From a bacterium (GTDB lineage: Bacteria; UBA8248): 64,000 nucleotides of DNA. Each line of letters begins with the position of its first letter. Position 1 is the first letter of the stretch. The notes under the pieces were generated by a model. The model was not told the origin of the DNA and ran no database searches. It saw only the letters and a list, made by a program, of their open reading frames with translations. Shown piece by piece: positions 9,202 to 19,319 of this stretch. The translations under genes were made by a program, and so were the position numbers. The stretch is from the NCBI GenBank assembly GCA_965207065.1, contig OZ242260.1, positions 4,384,001 to 4,448,000 on the forward strand. The letters are read 5' to 3'.

Positions 9202-9522
9202 ATGGATAAAAATCGAAACTCGAAGATGGGCCTTGAGAGGGCCGCAAAAGACATTATCAAAGTCGGTTACAAACTTCTTCGACAACAAAGCGACCCTCTC
9301 ATGGCGGGGACTTCAAAAGTAGTTCGTCGCCGACTCAAGCAGTTGGAACGTCAGCTACAAAATAAGCGAGTTCCACTTCCACAAAAAGAATTGGACAAAA
9401 TCGCTACAGAAGTCGCTGACACGATTAGCTGTCTTATGAAGTCCCTCATTCGTTACTTATTTTCCGCAATCCACCATTGCGAGTTATTCATAGTATGGAA
9501 ACTAAAATTGGCAACACATTAA
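9202..9522 (+). CDS. Small basic, probably helical protein; candidate retron effector
   Basis: 106-aa ORF with AGGA RBS; overlaps the HTH gene start; first gene of the RT operon; no recognisable domain. Confidence 0.6.
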   Translation: MDKNRNSKMGLERAAKDIIKVGYKLLRQQSDPLMAGTSKVVRRRLKQLERQLQNKRVPLPQKELDKIATEVADTISCLMKSLIRYLFSAIHHCELFIVWKLKLATH

Positions 9523-9800
9523 AAGTATTAAGGGTGGCTGCAGGCATAAACCAAGCGACCATGGCAAAAAGGCTAGAAATTACCCAAAATTATTTATCAC
9601 TTGTCGAAAATAACCACAAAGAACCAAGTCTCTCTTTTCTAAAAAAGTTCGCCGGCAATTTTGACATTCCCCTCGGGTATTTTTTGTGGCTCGCATTGGA
9701 TAAACAAGAAAATAACGAGGAAGAAGAGTTACGTGAAAAAATGGACTTGTTGCTAGAGCAAATATTGGTAGGCAGAAGAAAAAAAAATGCCTGGAAATAA
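9495..9800 (+). CDS. XRE/Cro-C1 helix-turn-helix protein (retron-associated)
   Basis: IGNTLKVLRVAAGINQATMAKRLEITQNYLSLVENNHKEPSLSFL; overlaps the RT start by 14 nt. Confidence 0.85.
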   Translation: METKIGNTLKVLRVAAGINQATMAKRLEITQNYLSLVENNHKEPSLSFLKKFAGNFDIPLGYFLWLALDKQENNEEEELREKMDLLLEQILVGRRKKNAWK

Positions 9801-10734
9801 AAAGGCAAAATTAAAATCATTCTGGAACATACGAACGTCGAAAGATTTGTCACGCCTGCTCGGTGTAAAAGAAGAAATCTTAAACAAGATTTCGCAATCA
9901 GCACATTTGATGTACCGATCGCGAAATGAGCCTAAGAAAACTGGAGGGACTAGGCCAATAGACAGTCCTAGTAGTCATCTAAAATGGATACAATCAAAGA
10001 TTAACAAGTGTTTATTGCAAAGAACTCGCGTCCATAAATCTGCAATGGGAGGTATCCGCGGTAAAAGATTGAAAGACAATGCGGAAAAACATGTAGGAAA
10101 AAATTTAGTTGGCAAATTCGATTTAGAAAATTACTTTACTAACATTTCTCATAAGCAAGTCTATAATCGATTTTGCTCTATGGGGTGCTCCCCAGATGTG
10201 GCTAGAATTCTCACTAAACTAACAACATATAAAGGAAGAATTCCCCAAGGAGCGCCAACAAGTACTATGCTTGCGAATTTAGTAGCTGCTTATGCAAGAG
10301 ACAATCATAGTTTCAATGCAAGGATTGATTCGCTGGCTAGAAAACGTAATGCAACCGCTACTACCTGGGTTGATGATGTCACAATCTCGGGCCCATGTTA
10401 TATCCAAAAAGAAGCCAATACTTTCGAGAAAATTGCCAGGCAAAGTGGTTTCATTCCAAACACTGATAAAAATGAATTCATAAACAGCAACCAGCAACAA
10501 TTCGTCACTGGGGCAGTTGTCAATCAAAAAGTAAGCGCCTCAAAAGACTACAGAAAAGCTATACGAGCCGAACTCCATCAACTAAAAGTCCATGGTCCAA
10601 GCAACATTTGCAAAGAACCAATCAAAAAAGTAAAGGCGAAGCTTCGGAGCAAAATTGCACATGTAGACAATCTGAACCACGAACAAGGTGAAAAACTTCT
10701 AAAAGAATTCAACGCTATCGACTGGGACTCTTAA
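9787..10734 (+). CDS. Retron-type reverse transcriptase
   Basis: PKKTGGTRPIDSP; retron region X NAEKH; FDLENYF; PQGAPTSTMLANL; catalytic WVDD; retron region Y VTG (FVTGAVVN); AT-rich. Confidence 0.9.
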   Translation: MPGNKKAKLKSFWNIRTSKDLSRLLGVKEEILNKISQSAHLMYRSRNEPKKTGGTRPIDSPSSHLKWIQSKINKCLLQRTRVHKSAMGGIRGKRLKDNAEKHVGKNLVGKFDLENYFTNISHKQVYNRFCSMGCSPDVARILTKLTTYKGRIPQGAPTSTMLANLVAAYARDNHSFNARIDSLARKRNATATTWVDDVTISGPCYIQKEANTFEKIARQSGFIPNTDKNEFINSNQQQFVTGAVVNQKVSASKDYRKAIRAELHQLKVHGPSNICKEPIKKVKAKLRSKIAHVDNLNHEQGEKLLKEFNAIDWDS

Positions 10735-10813
10735 AAGTCGCCAAACATAAGAAATATCTAAACAAAAACACTGAGAAACTTAAAAAAACTAACTCCTCCA
10801 ATCAGAAAAATCC

Positions 10814-11170
10814 CTACCCAACCTCCTCCAGCCTGGCCGCATCCATCACCGGTCTTATGGGGTATTGGCCCCGCAGGAGTTCGGCGAGAAAACCCAGGTG
10901 TTCGGCGAGGGCCGACATGTGCGCGGCGGCGTAGCGGGCGGATAGCGCACCGGCCTCTTGCGCCAGGGCTTCGCGCGCATCTGTGGCGGGAGCCTCCTGG
11001 GCGGCCAGGGCGTTAAAGGCATCAAGCAGGGCGCAGATGTCTTCATGCGCTCCCGCATATTCCGTCTTCAGCGCATAGGGGCTTCTCAGGATGAGGTGCA
11101 CGGGGTTTTGCGTGTTCGATGACTGATCGAGCATGCAGCGGCTTCGTCTCTGGTCGTAGTTTTCGGGCAT
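10814..11170 (-). CDS. Hypothetical protein
   Basis: Ala-rich ORF with host-like GC immediately downstream of the MBL hydrolase gene; start uncertain. Confidence 0.45.
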   Translation of the reverse strand: MPENYDQRRSRCMLDQSSNTQNPVHLILRSPYALKTEYAGAHEDICALLDAFNALAAQEAPATDAREALAQEAGALSARYAAAHMSALAEHLGFLAELLRGQYPIRPVMDAARLEEVG

Positions 11171-11178
11171 CGTCCTCT

Positions 11179-12093
11179 TCAACCTCCCCGCGCGTCGTGG
11201 AGCGATATCCCCTGCTCGCCACGGCCTTTGAACTCGTTGTAGAGCTTCATCACGGCCTGCTCGACGCGGTCGGGCTTCATCCACTCCGTATACCTGCCCA
11301 GAGGAATCTCGCGCGCGGCGCGCTTGGCGGGCACACCTTTTTCGAAGCGTTTTTTCGCCTCCCGGCGCACGAGCCGGAGGTAGCTTAAAGTTTTCTCGAG
11401 CGCGCGCTTATCCCCAGGCGGCCCGTGCCCCGGAACAATAGTATCGACCGAAAAAGTTTTGAGTATCTTGTCCGCGATCCGTATCCACCCGCCGATATGG
11501 GCGTCGAAGGTGGCGGGCGTAACGTAGTGAAAGCAGATATCGCCTGTGAAGAGAACACGCTCCTCAGGCAGATAGACGACTGTGTCGCCTTTAGAATGCG
11601 CGTGGCCCAGGTGGTGGAGTTCCACGACGCGCTTGCCCAGGCGAAGCGTCATACCGCCCTCGTAGGTGACGTCGGGAAAGCGTGGCTTAAGCCTTTTGAG
11701 TTCGCCTGCGTATTCGGGGTTCACGCCCCGGTAGTGCGCGAGGTCGAGCCCCGTCTCTATCATCCGCTCGCGCATGTAGCGGTGCGCGATGACGGGGATG
11801 TCCTTATCGAACCATGTAAGCCCCAGGGTGTGATCCGCATGGTGGTGGGTGCAGACGATTTTGCGCACCGGCTTTCGGGTCGCCTTTCGGATCGATTCCT
11901 GAAAAGCCTGCGTCATGGGCCGCACGTACAGAGAATCGATGACCAAGGCCTCGCTGTCCCCCACGATGAGGCCTGCGTTCGAGACGTTCAGCCCGCCCCC
12001 CTGAATGTAGGCGTAGACGCCCGGGGCCATGCGCTGAAGCCCCGTCTTCCAGCTTGCGGGTATTTTCCGGGTCTCGACCATACGTACCTCCAT
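11179..12093 (-). CDS. Metallo-beta-lactamase fold hydrolase (cyclase-like)
   Basis: THHHADH, AHSKGD, LFTGD and VPGHG motifs. Confidence 0.88.
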   Translation of the reverse strand: MEVRMVETRKIPASWKTGLQRMAPGVYAYIQGGGLNVSNAGLIVGDSEALVIDSLYVRPMTQAFQESIRKATRKPVRKIVCTHHHADHTLGLTWFDKDIPVIAHRYMRERMIETGLDLAHYRGVNPEYAGELKRLKPRFPDVTYEGGMTLRLGKRVVELHHLGHAHSKGDTVVYLPEERVLFTGDICFHYVTPATFDAHIGGWIRIADKILKTFSVDTIVPGHGPPGDKRALEKTLSYLRLVRREAKKRFEKGVPAKRAAREIPLGRYTEWMKPDRVEQAVMKLYNEFKGRGEQGISLHDARGG

Positions 12094-12205
12094 TTCGGGT
12101 AATCCATTCTACACGATGGGAGCAATTGACCACACGCCCCCGAACGGGCGACATTAGCGCGAATTCAAAGCTTAAGTTTCAGCCGTTCACGCAAAGGGGG
12201 AGCAA

Positions 12206-12616
12206 ATGCAATTATCGTTCGATCATGTGCACATCATCTGCAAGGATTTGGGAAAGATGGTTGCCTTCTTTGAAGACATCTTCGGCGGCGAGGTCATTTA
12301 CCAGGAAGATAATTTCCATGGCGCGCCCAACGCCGTCGTCCGCGTCGGCGAGGCAAGGCTTTTCCTGAGAGGCGTGCGGCCGGGTGAGCGCATCGGGGAA
12401 AACCACCAAGAAGCCGTGATGGGGCTCGACCATTTCTCATTCGCCGTGGACGACATCCACGGACTCGCCGCGCAGATGAAAGAAGCGGGCGCGGACTTTA
12501 TCCGCGACCCTTCTCCTTCGGGCATGGGGGGCAGGACGACGGCCTACATCCGGGGACCCGAGGACGTGCGGATAGAGCTTTCAGAACGCGCGGGAGAGAC
12601 CTACGGAGACGGTTGA
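12206..12616 (+). CDS. VOC/glyoxalase family protein
   Basis: FDHVHI, GLDHFSFAVDDI, GPEDVRIELSE. Confidence 0.85.
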   Translation: MQLSFDHVHIICKDLGKMVAFFEDIFGGEVIYQEDNFHGAPNAVVRVGEARLFLRGVRPGERIGENHQEAVMGLDHFSFAVDDIHGLAAQMKEAGADFIRDPSPSGMGGRTTAYIRGPEDVRIELSERAGETYGDG

Positions 12617-12642
12617 AGCGCCCTCCCCCTTCCGGGCCAAAC

Positions 12643-12672
12643 AAAAACCCCCGGGCGTCAAACCCGGGGGTG
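12643..12672. terminator. Terminator between the convergent VOC and ino1 genes
   Basis: AAAAA-CCCCCGGG...CCCGGGGG stem; the U-tract is on the minus strand. Confidence 0.7.
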
Positions 12673-12693
12673 TAATGTTCCGAAGTGTAGTCG

Positions 12694-13839
12694 TTATTTG
12701 TGGTCGTAGCGCGCGGGCAGGCCGTTGCCGTTGAACTCGGCATGGTCGCTCGCGCGCAGGTCGCCCGCGATGAACTCGTCGATCATGATCCGCGAGACGG
12801 AATCGGGCACCTGCACCGGGGGGTGTTTCATCAGATAGGCGCTCACCGGGTAGAGCGGGCCCGCCTCGCCCCTGTCGCGGGCGATGCGCGCGAGGCGAAT
12901 CGCGTCGATGACGACGCCGCCCGAGTTTGGAGAATCCTCCACCGAGAGGCGCGCCTCGATCTCGAGCGGCACGCCGCCGAAGCCCTCCGCCTCGATTCTC
13001 AGGAAACAAATCTTGTTGTCGTCCTGCCAGGGCACGTAGTCAGACGGGCCGATGTGGATGTTGTCCGAATCCAGGGGTTCGGGAAGCTGACTCTGCACGG
13101 CGTCCGTTTTCGATATTTTCTTTGATTTGAGACGTGAACGCTCCAGCATGTTCAGAAAATCGGTGTTTCCCCCCGTGTTCAACTGGTAGGTGCGCTTCAG
13201 CTTCACGCCCCTGTCCGCGCACAGCCTGGCGAGCGTGCGGTGGAGTATTGTGGCGCCGAGCTGGGCCTTCACGTCGTCTCCCACTACCGGTATGCCCGCA
13301 TCGGTGAAACGGCCCGCCCATTCGGGGTCAGACACGATGAAGACCGGCATGCAGTTAATGAAGGAAACGCCCGCCGCAAGGGACGCTTCCGCGTAATGGC
13401 GCGCCGCCTGCTCCGAGCCCACCGGCATGAAGTTCAATAAAATTTCCGCGCCGCTCTCTCGAAGCTCCGCCGCCACGTCGCAGGGTTCGGCCTCAGCGGG
13501 GAGAAAAGAGCGATCGGAAGCGTATTCCGCCATGTGGGACGCCACGCCGTCCAGGATGGGCCCCATCAGCACGTTCACGCCGTAGTCGGGCAGGTTCTCC
13601 CAGATGGTTTTCGTGCAGTTGGGCTTGGCGAAGGCCGCTACATGAAGCGGCTGCCCCACCTTGCGGACGTCGATGTCGAAAGCCGCCACAACCTCGATGT
13701 CCTCCGGCTCGTAGCCGCCCAGTTCCCGGTGCATGAGACCCAATTCCTCTTCGGGATGGTGGCGGTAATACTCGATGCCCTGGAGCAGGGAACTTGCGCA
13801 GTTCCCCACGCCGGCGATGGCGATGCGAATCGGCGACAT
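12694..13839 (-). CDS. ino1: Myo-inositol-1-phosphate synthase
   Basis: GVGNCASSL, GDDVKAQLGAT, YQLNTGGNTDFLNM, SKKISKT, EDSPNSGG. Confidence 0.93.
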   Translation of the reverse strand: MSPIRIAIAGVGNCASSLLQGIEYYRHHPEEELGLMHRELGGYEPEDIEVVAAFDIDVRKVGQPLHVAAFAKPNCTKTIWENLPDYGVNVLMGPILDGVASHMAEYASDRSFLPAEAEPCDVAAELRESGAEILLNFMPVGSEQAARHYAEASLAAGVSFINCMPVFIVSDPEWAGRFTDAGIPVVGDDVKAQLGATILHRTLARLCADRGVKLKRTYQLNTGGNTDFLNMLERSRLKSKKISKTDAVQSQLPEPLDSDNIHIGPSDYVPWQDDNKICFLRIEAEGFGGVPLEIEARLSVEDSPNSGGVVIDAIRLARIARDRGEAGPLYPVSAYLMKHPPVQVPDSVSRIMIDEFIAGDLRASDHAEFNGNGLPARYDHK

Positions 13840-14074
13840 ATATGCGTTTCCTTTCCTGCCTTTGCAGTGGCTGCGGCCTCAAGAGGCGGAACCGAAGTCA
13901 GGTCCACCGGTCGGATTTCTCGCCGCAGGCCACGCATGTGCGGATTTAATTTCAGGTCAATCGGTGCGAACGCTTACGTCCACAGAAAGGCGACTATATC
14001 CCAAAATTCACATTTTCTCCAAGAGAGGAGGAGAGAAAATGATTCCGGGCGGCCTCAGGGCGGGAAAGCCGGCT

Positions 14075-15073
<999 letters not shown>

Positions 15074-15181
15074 GGATAACCTCCGGATTGCGGGCTAAGC
15101 CTCAAAGAGCAAAGTAGAAGATAGGCGATTATAAGGACTCGCAAATCAGGTTGTCCAGTCGACCGCGGAAATCCCCGGAAA

Positions 15182-15823
15182 TTATCCGCCCGAAAGTGAT
15201 TCGCGCCCATGCGGGCAGCCTTTCAGGATCGTGCAATCCGCGCAAAGGGGCTTTCTCGCCGAACAGCAGTTTCTCCCGTGATGGATCAGGAGAAGCGTGA
15301 CGCGGCCCCACCATTTCTTCGGCACGGCGTCCAGAAGCTGAAACTCGGCCTTCACCGGGTCTCGCGTCGATATCCAGCCCAGCCGGTTGGCGGTGCGAAG
15401 AACGTGCGTATCCACTGCGATGGCGGGCTCCCCGTATACCTCGTTCAAGACGACGTTCGCCGTCTTGCGCCCCACACCGGGGAGACTCACCAAATGCTCC
15501 ATCTCGGCGGGCACCTCGCCGCTGAATTCATCGGCGAGGCGGCGGCAGCACGCGCGGATGGACTTCGCCTTCTGGCGGTAGAAGCCGCACGAATGGATTA
15601 ACTTCTCGAGTTCGGCAGGCTCGGCCTCCGCAAACGAGGCGGCGTCGGGGTAACGTGCGAAAAGAGCGGGGGTCACCATGTTCACCCGCTCATCGGTGCA
15701 CTGGGCGGAGAGCATCGTCGCCACGAGCAGTTCGAGGGAGTTTCGGTAGTTGAGCGCACAACGCGCATCGGGGTAGGTCTGCTCCAGTATGCGTAGCAGA
15801 CGCCCGGGCGAGGATGTGGGCAT
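15182..15823 (-). CDS. nth: Endonuclease III
   Basis: LSAQCTD, HhH motif LPGVGRKTAN, AVDTHV, C-terminal 4Fe-4S Cys motif. Confidence 0.93.
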   Translation of the reverse strand: MPTSSPGRLLRILEQTYPDARCALNYRNSLELLVATMLSAQCTDERVNMVTPALFARYPDAASFAEAEPAELEKLIHSCGFYRQKAKSIRACCRRLADEFSGEVPAEMEHLVSLPGVGRKTANVVLNEVYGEPAIAVDTHVLRTANRLGWISTRDPVKAEFQLLDAVPKKWWGRVTLLLIHHGRNCCSARKPLCADCTILKGCPHGRESLSGG

Positions 15824-15983
15824 CGGGTCTCCGTTTCATTCAAGAACAGGCGTTTCGCCCGCTCCCGCAGGACGCGGCGGCCATGCGGGACATCGTTCTT
15901 TTCATGGGCGGTGATTCGGACTAGAATAGCGAACCTGATTCATATCGCCTACCGCATCGAGACAGACAAAGGAGAACGAACCG

Positions 15984-16223
15984 ATGGCCGACCCAAAAGT
16001 GGCCCAGAAAGCGCCCTATATCTATAAACCGGAAAAAGACGAGAAAGTCGCCTGGTGCGCCTGCGGCCTGAGCAAATCGCAGCCTTTCTGCGACGGCTCG
16101 CACAAGGGATCGGAGTTCCGCCCCATCGTTCTCGACGTGCAGGCGGGGAAACCTTGCGCCTTTTGCGGCTGCAAGCAGACGGGCAACGCGCCCATGTGCG
16201 ACGGCACGCACTCCATGCTATAG
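15984..16223 (+). CDS. CDGSH iron-sulfur domain protein (two motifs, MiNT/CISD3-like)
   Basis: WCACGLSKSQPFCDGSH and FCGCKQT..PMCDGTH. Confidence 0.92.
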   Translation: MADPKVAQKAPYIYKPEKDEKVAWCACGLSKSQPFCDGSHKGSEFRPIVLDVQAGKPCAFCGCKQTGNAPMCDGTHSML

Positions 16224-16253
16224 GTGTTAGGCTCATAAGCGGTTGATGAATAT

Positions 16254-16329
16254 GCGCGTGTAGCTCAGAGGATAGAGCGCCTGCCTCCGGAGCAGGAAGT
16301 CGCAGGTTCGACTCCTGCCACGCGCACCA
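16254..16329 (+). tRNA. tRNA-Arg(CCG)
   Basis: Acceptor GCGCGTG/CACGCGC; anticodon arm CCTGC-CTCCGGA-GCAGG; GTTCGA T-loop; encoded CCA. Confidence 0.96.
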
Positions 16330-16569
16330 AGTTTACTATTCCCTCTCACCACTCCTAAATGCATTAATAATCAATTTATTCAATAGGTTAGACTGCATAT
16401 TGCAAGCCCTATAGCATTGAGGATTTCCTTCCTTCTCCCTTTTCGACAGATGCAGTTCGCCGATGCAGAAAACCACCAAACCGGCATCTGTTCCCCGAAC
16501 GATTTTTTTTTGCCTGAGCGGGCGGCGGTGCTAGAATATGGGGTCGGTTTTGTTCGAGGAGGAATGAAA

Positions 16570-17154
16570 ATGAAGAATGCCGAGCTTGTCGAATCGAACG
16601 GGACTGCCGCCGCCCGGACGCCGGAGGGAAAAGCGATCTTCTGGGATCGGAAATTCCAGGCGTCGTACAAATCTACGATTGAAGCCGCCTGGAGGTGTGG
16701 ACGCGCACTGCTGGAAGTGAGAAAGAAACAAGCGCACGGACAATGGATGAACTGGCTCCAAAACGTCGGAATCAGCTACACGAGGGCGAGCCGGTGCATG
16801 GCCCTGGCAGGTGTTGAACTGTCGCGCGTACTCAATTTTCCCACGATGACCCAGGCGCTTGCTGCCGTTTCATCCGTACCGAGATTCACAGACTTCCAAT
16901 CCCCGGAGAAAGAAAAAGCGCGCATCAAGAAGGCTCCCACTCCACTCAAGAAGCCGAAAGTTCCCACTCGCGAGGAATTCGAGCAACTCCGGGCGCGGGT
17001 GAACGAACTCGAATCCAGTGAGAAAAACCTGCGCGGCGAACTGAAGCGATCGAAACTGGCCGTCAACCGGTACAAGAAAGCTCTGGACGAGAAGAACAGG
17101 CGCATCGAAGAGCTGGAAGCGAATCTTGCGCATACAAATGGCCACTTCGAGTAG
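16570..17154 (+). CDS. DUF3102-like protein with C-terminal coiled coil (phage-type)
   Basis: CGRALLEVRKKQAHGQWMNWLQNVGISYTRASRCMALA; GAGGAGG RBS; heptad-rich C-terminus. Confidence 0.6.
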   Translation: MKNAELVESNGTAAARTPEGKAIFWDRKFQASYKSTIEAAWRCGRALLEVRKKQAHGQWMNWLQNVGISYTRASRCMALAGVELSRVLNFPTMTQALAAVSSVPRFTDFQSPEKEKARIKKAPTPLKKPKVPTREEFEQLRARVNELESSEKNLRGELKRSKLAVNRYKKALDEKNRRIEELEANLAHTNGHFE

Positions 17155-17308
17155 GCACGCAAGGCGGCTTCCCGCGCCCAGGCGAACCGACCGCTGGAGC
17201 GAGCAAAGTCTTCTCCTACATTCCGCCCGATGGACAATTCCCCCTTGACCGCCGGGGGCCATGCGGATAGGTTGACCCCCAAAGCATCCAACCAGCGGAG
17301 AGGGTCCG

Positions 17309-18202
17309 GTGTTCGGCGAATACATCGACAGCCACAACCACATGCACGCCCTGAACTGGGACGAGTGGGAACTGCTCGGCACGACGGGCATGCGCGCGGC
17401 GGTGCTCTCCTGCGGCAACCCCCACCTCTACCGAGAGGTGTGGGAGGAAGCGCCGGGTTACGACGACATCATGCGCTTCTGGGAAGGCCCCCTCGATATG
17501 GTCCGGGCGCTCGAGGCGCAGCACTTCATCCAAATCAGTTGCGCGGTCGGCATCAGCTCGATGACACGGGTGACCGACTGGGAAAAGCTGCTCGAGGAGA
17601 TGCCCGGTTTTCTCGAAGACGAAAGCATTGTCGCCCTGGGCGAAATCGGCCTGGACCCCACGCAGTATTTCTCTCTCACCTGGCCGATGGAAGAACAAGC
17701 CGCGTGTCTCGAAGCGCAGGCGGAGCTTGCGAAAAAATACGATAAACCCATCATCCTACATACGCCGACGCCCAAGAAGAGCAAGGATTTTCTTGGCGAC
17801 GTCGCCGTGCAGGCGGACGTGCCGCCCGAGCAGATCCGGCTCCACTACATGCAACAAGACCTGGAAATCATCTGCAAGACCGGCTTCGATGAAGCCCGAG
17901 TGGCCGTCGACCACACCGACGCCACGACGGTCGAATACATCCACGAGCACACGCGCGCGATGTGCGCCATCAGCATCGGCAGCGCACTCAGGCCCTTACA
18001 GCCCGCCCAGGTCATCGAGTGGGTGGAGAGGTTCGGGCCGGACCGGATCATGATCAACTCTGACCACCTGGGCTACCGGCCCATCGACATCCTCTCGGTT
18101 CCCAAGACGCTGCGCGCCATGCGGAACGCAGGGTTATCGGAGGAGGCGATCCGCAAGGTATCGTTCGAGAACGCGAGAAAGTTCTATAATCTCACCCTGT
18201 AA
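17309..18202 (+). CDS. TatD-related metal-dependent hydrolase
   Basis: IDSHNH, ALGEIGLD, IILHTP, VDH, INSD. Confidence 0.82.
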   Translation: MFGEYIDSHNHMHALNWDEWELLGTTGMRAAVLSCGNPHLYREVWEEAPGYDDIMRFWEGPLDMVRALEAQHFIQISCAVGISSMTRVTDWEKLLEEMPGFLEDESIVALGEIGLDPTQYFSLTWPMEEQAACLEAQAELAKKYDKPIILHTPTPKKSKDFLGDVAVQADVPPEQIRLHYMQQDLEIICKTGFDEARVAVDHTDATTVEYIHEHTRAMCAISIGSALRPLQPAQVIEWVERFGPDRIMINSDHLGYRPIDILSVPKTLRAMRNAGLSEEAIRKVSFENARKFYNLTL

Positions 18203-18211
18203 GGACACACG

Positions 18212-19243
18212 ATGAACGAAACGCAAGACCCATTCGAGTATTTCTTCGAGATGCCCTGGTCAGACGGACTGCCCGTGGTGACGCCCACGCCCGAACGCCT
18301 CGCCTGGATGCTGGGCGGCACGAGCAGAGACGCAGGCAATGTATTAGGAGACATCCCCCCCGCGCTGAACACGGCGACGGTGGAGAGCGTCGCCCTACAC
18401 GCGCTGATGGCGGGGTGCAAACCCGACTATCTGCCCGTGGTGCTCGGAGCGGTTGAGGCCATGCTTATCGAGCGCTTCAACCTCGTGGGTATTCAGGCCA
18501 CCATGTTCACCGGCGGGCCTTTGCTGATACTGAACGGCCCCTATGCCCGGGAGATCGGCGTCCATGGGGGTTCGGGATGCTTCGGCCCCGGTTTTCGGGC
18601 GAACGCCGCCATCGGCCGCGCAATCAGGCTCATCATGATGAACCTGGGCGGGGGAATCCCCGGCGTCTCTGACATGAGCACCTTCGGCAGTCCATCCAAA
18701 TTCACCTACTGCGTGCGTGAGAACGAGGAACAAAGCCCCTGGGAGCCGATGCCGGGTGATTTCGGCTTCGGCCCGGATGCGGACGTACTCACCGTCTGCA
18801 ACGCCGAGGCGCCTCGCATGGCGATGGACGACGTGAGCGCCAAGCCCGAGGGTGTTCTCACCACGCTCTCGAACACCATGTGCGCGATGGGCGCCACGAC
18901 GGCCTACACGCAGACGAACTGGGTGATCGTCGTCGCCCCCGATCACGCCGACATCCTCGCGAGAGGGGGCCTGAGCCGCGCGGACGTGAAAGGAGAACTC
19001 TTCGAGCGGGCGAGAATGCCCGTGGGCGTCCTCAAAAAAGGCGGGCGCTACCGGGGACCCGAACTCTCGCGCTGGCCGGACTGGGTGGATCACGAAGACG
19101 ACGATTCTCTCGCCCCCATGGTGCACGAACCGGAAGACATACTCCTGATCGTCGCGGGCGGCATCCCCGGCCCGTCTTGCCTCGTTATTCCCGGCTGGAA
19201 CACCTCGAGCCAGGCCATCACGCAAGCCTATCGAACGGATTGA
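18212..19243 (+). CDS. Conserved hypothetical protein (WSDGLPVVTPT family); paralog of 45992-47020
   Basis: WSDGLPVVTPT, MAGCKPDYLPVV, GPGFRANAAIGRA, ENEEQSPW. Confidence 0.8.
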   Translation: MNETQDPFEYFFEMPWSDGLPVVTPTPERLAWMLGGTSRDAGNVLGDIPPALNTATVESVALHALMAGCKPDYLPVVLGAVEAMLIERFNLVGIQATMFTGGPLLILNGPYAREIGVHGGSGCFGPGFRANAAIGRAIRLIMMNLGGGIPGVSDMSTFGSPSKFTYCVRENEEQSPWEPMPGDFGFGPDADVLTVCNAEAPRMAMDDVSAKPEGVLTTLSNTMCAMGATTAYTQTNWVIVVAPDHADILARGGLSRADVKGELFERARMPVGVLKKGGRYRGPELSRWPDWVDHEDDDSLAPMVHEPEDILLIVAGGIPGPSCLVIPGWNTSSQAITQAYRTD

Positions 19244-19319
19244 AGACCGTTTTTTCTTCTCGAAAAAGAACGGCCACCAACACGATACCGGTGTCAATTC
19301 CGACTGATGCAGGAGAGCT

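Noticed and set aside
9787-10734. Group II intron, DGR or CRISPR-associated RT
   Set aside because: No maturase/endonuclease extension, no template/variable repeat pair, no cas genes; NAxxH and VTG point to a retron
8606-10830. Target-site duplication or terminal repeats of the retron island
   Set aside because: Only short weak matches (TAGGGA/TCCCTA; CTCCTCCA twice on the right side); not distinguishable from chance
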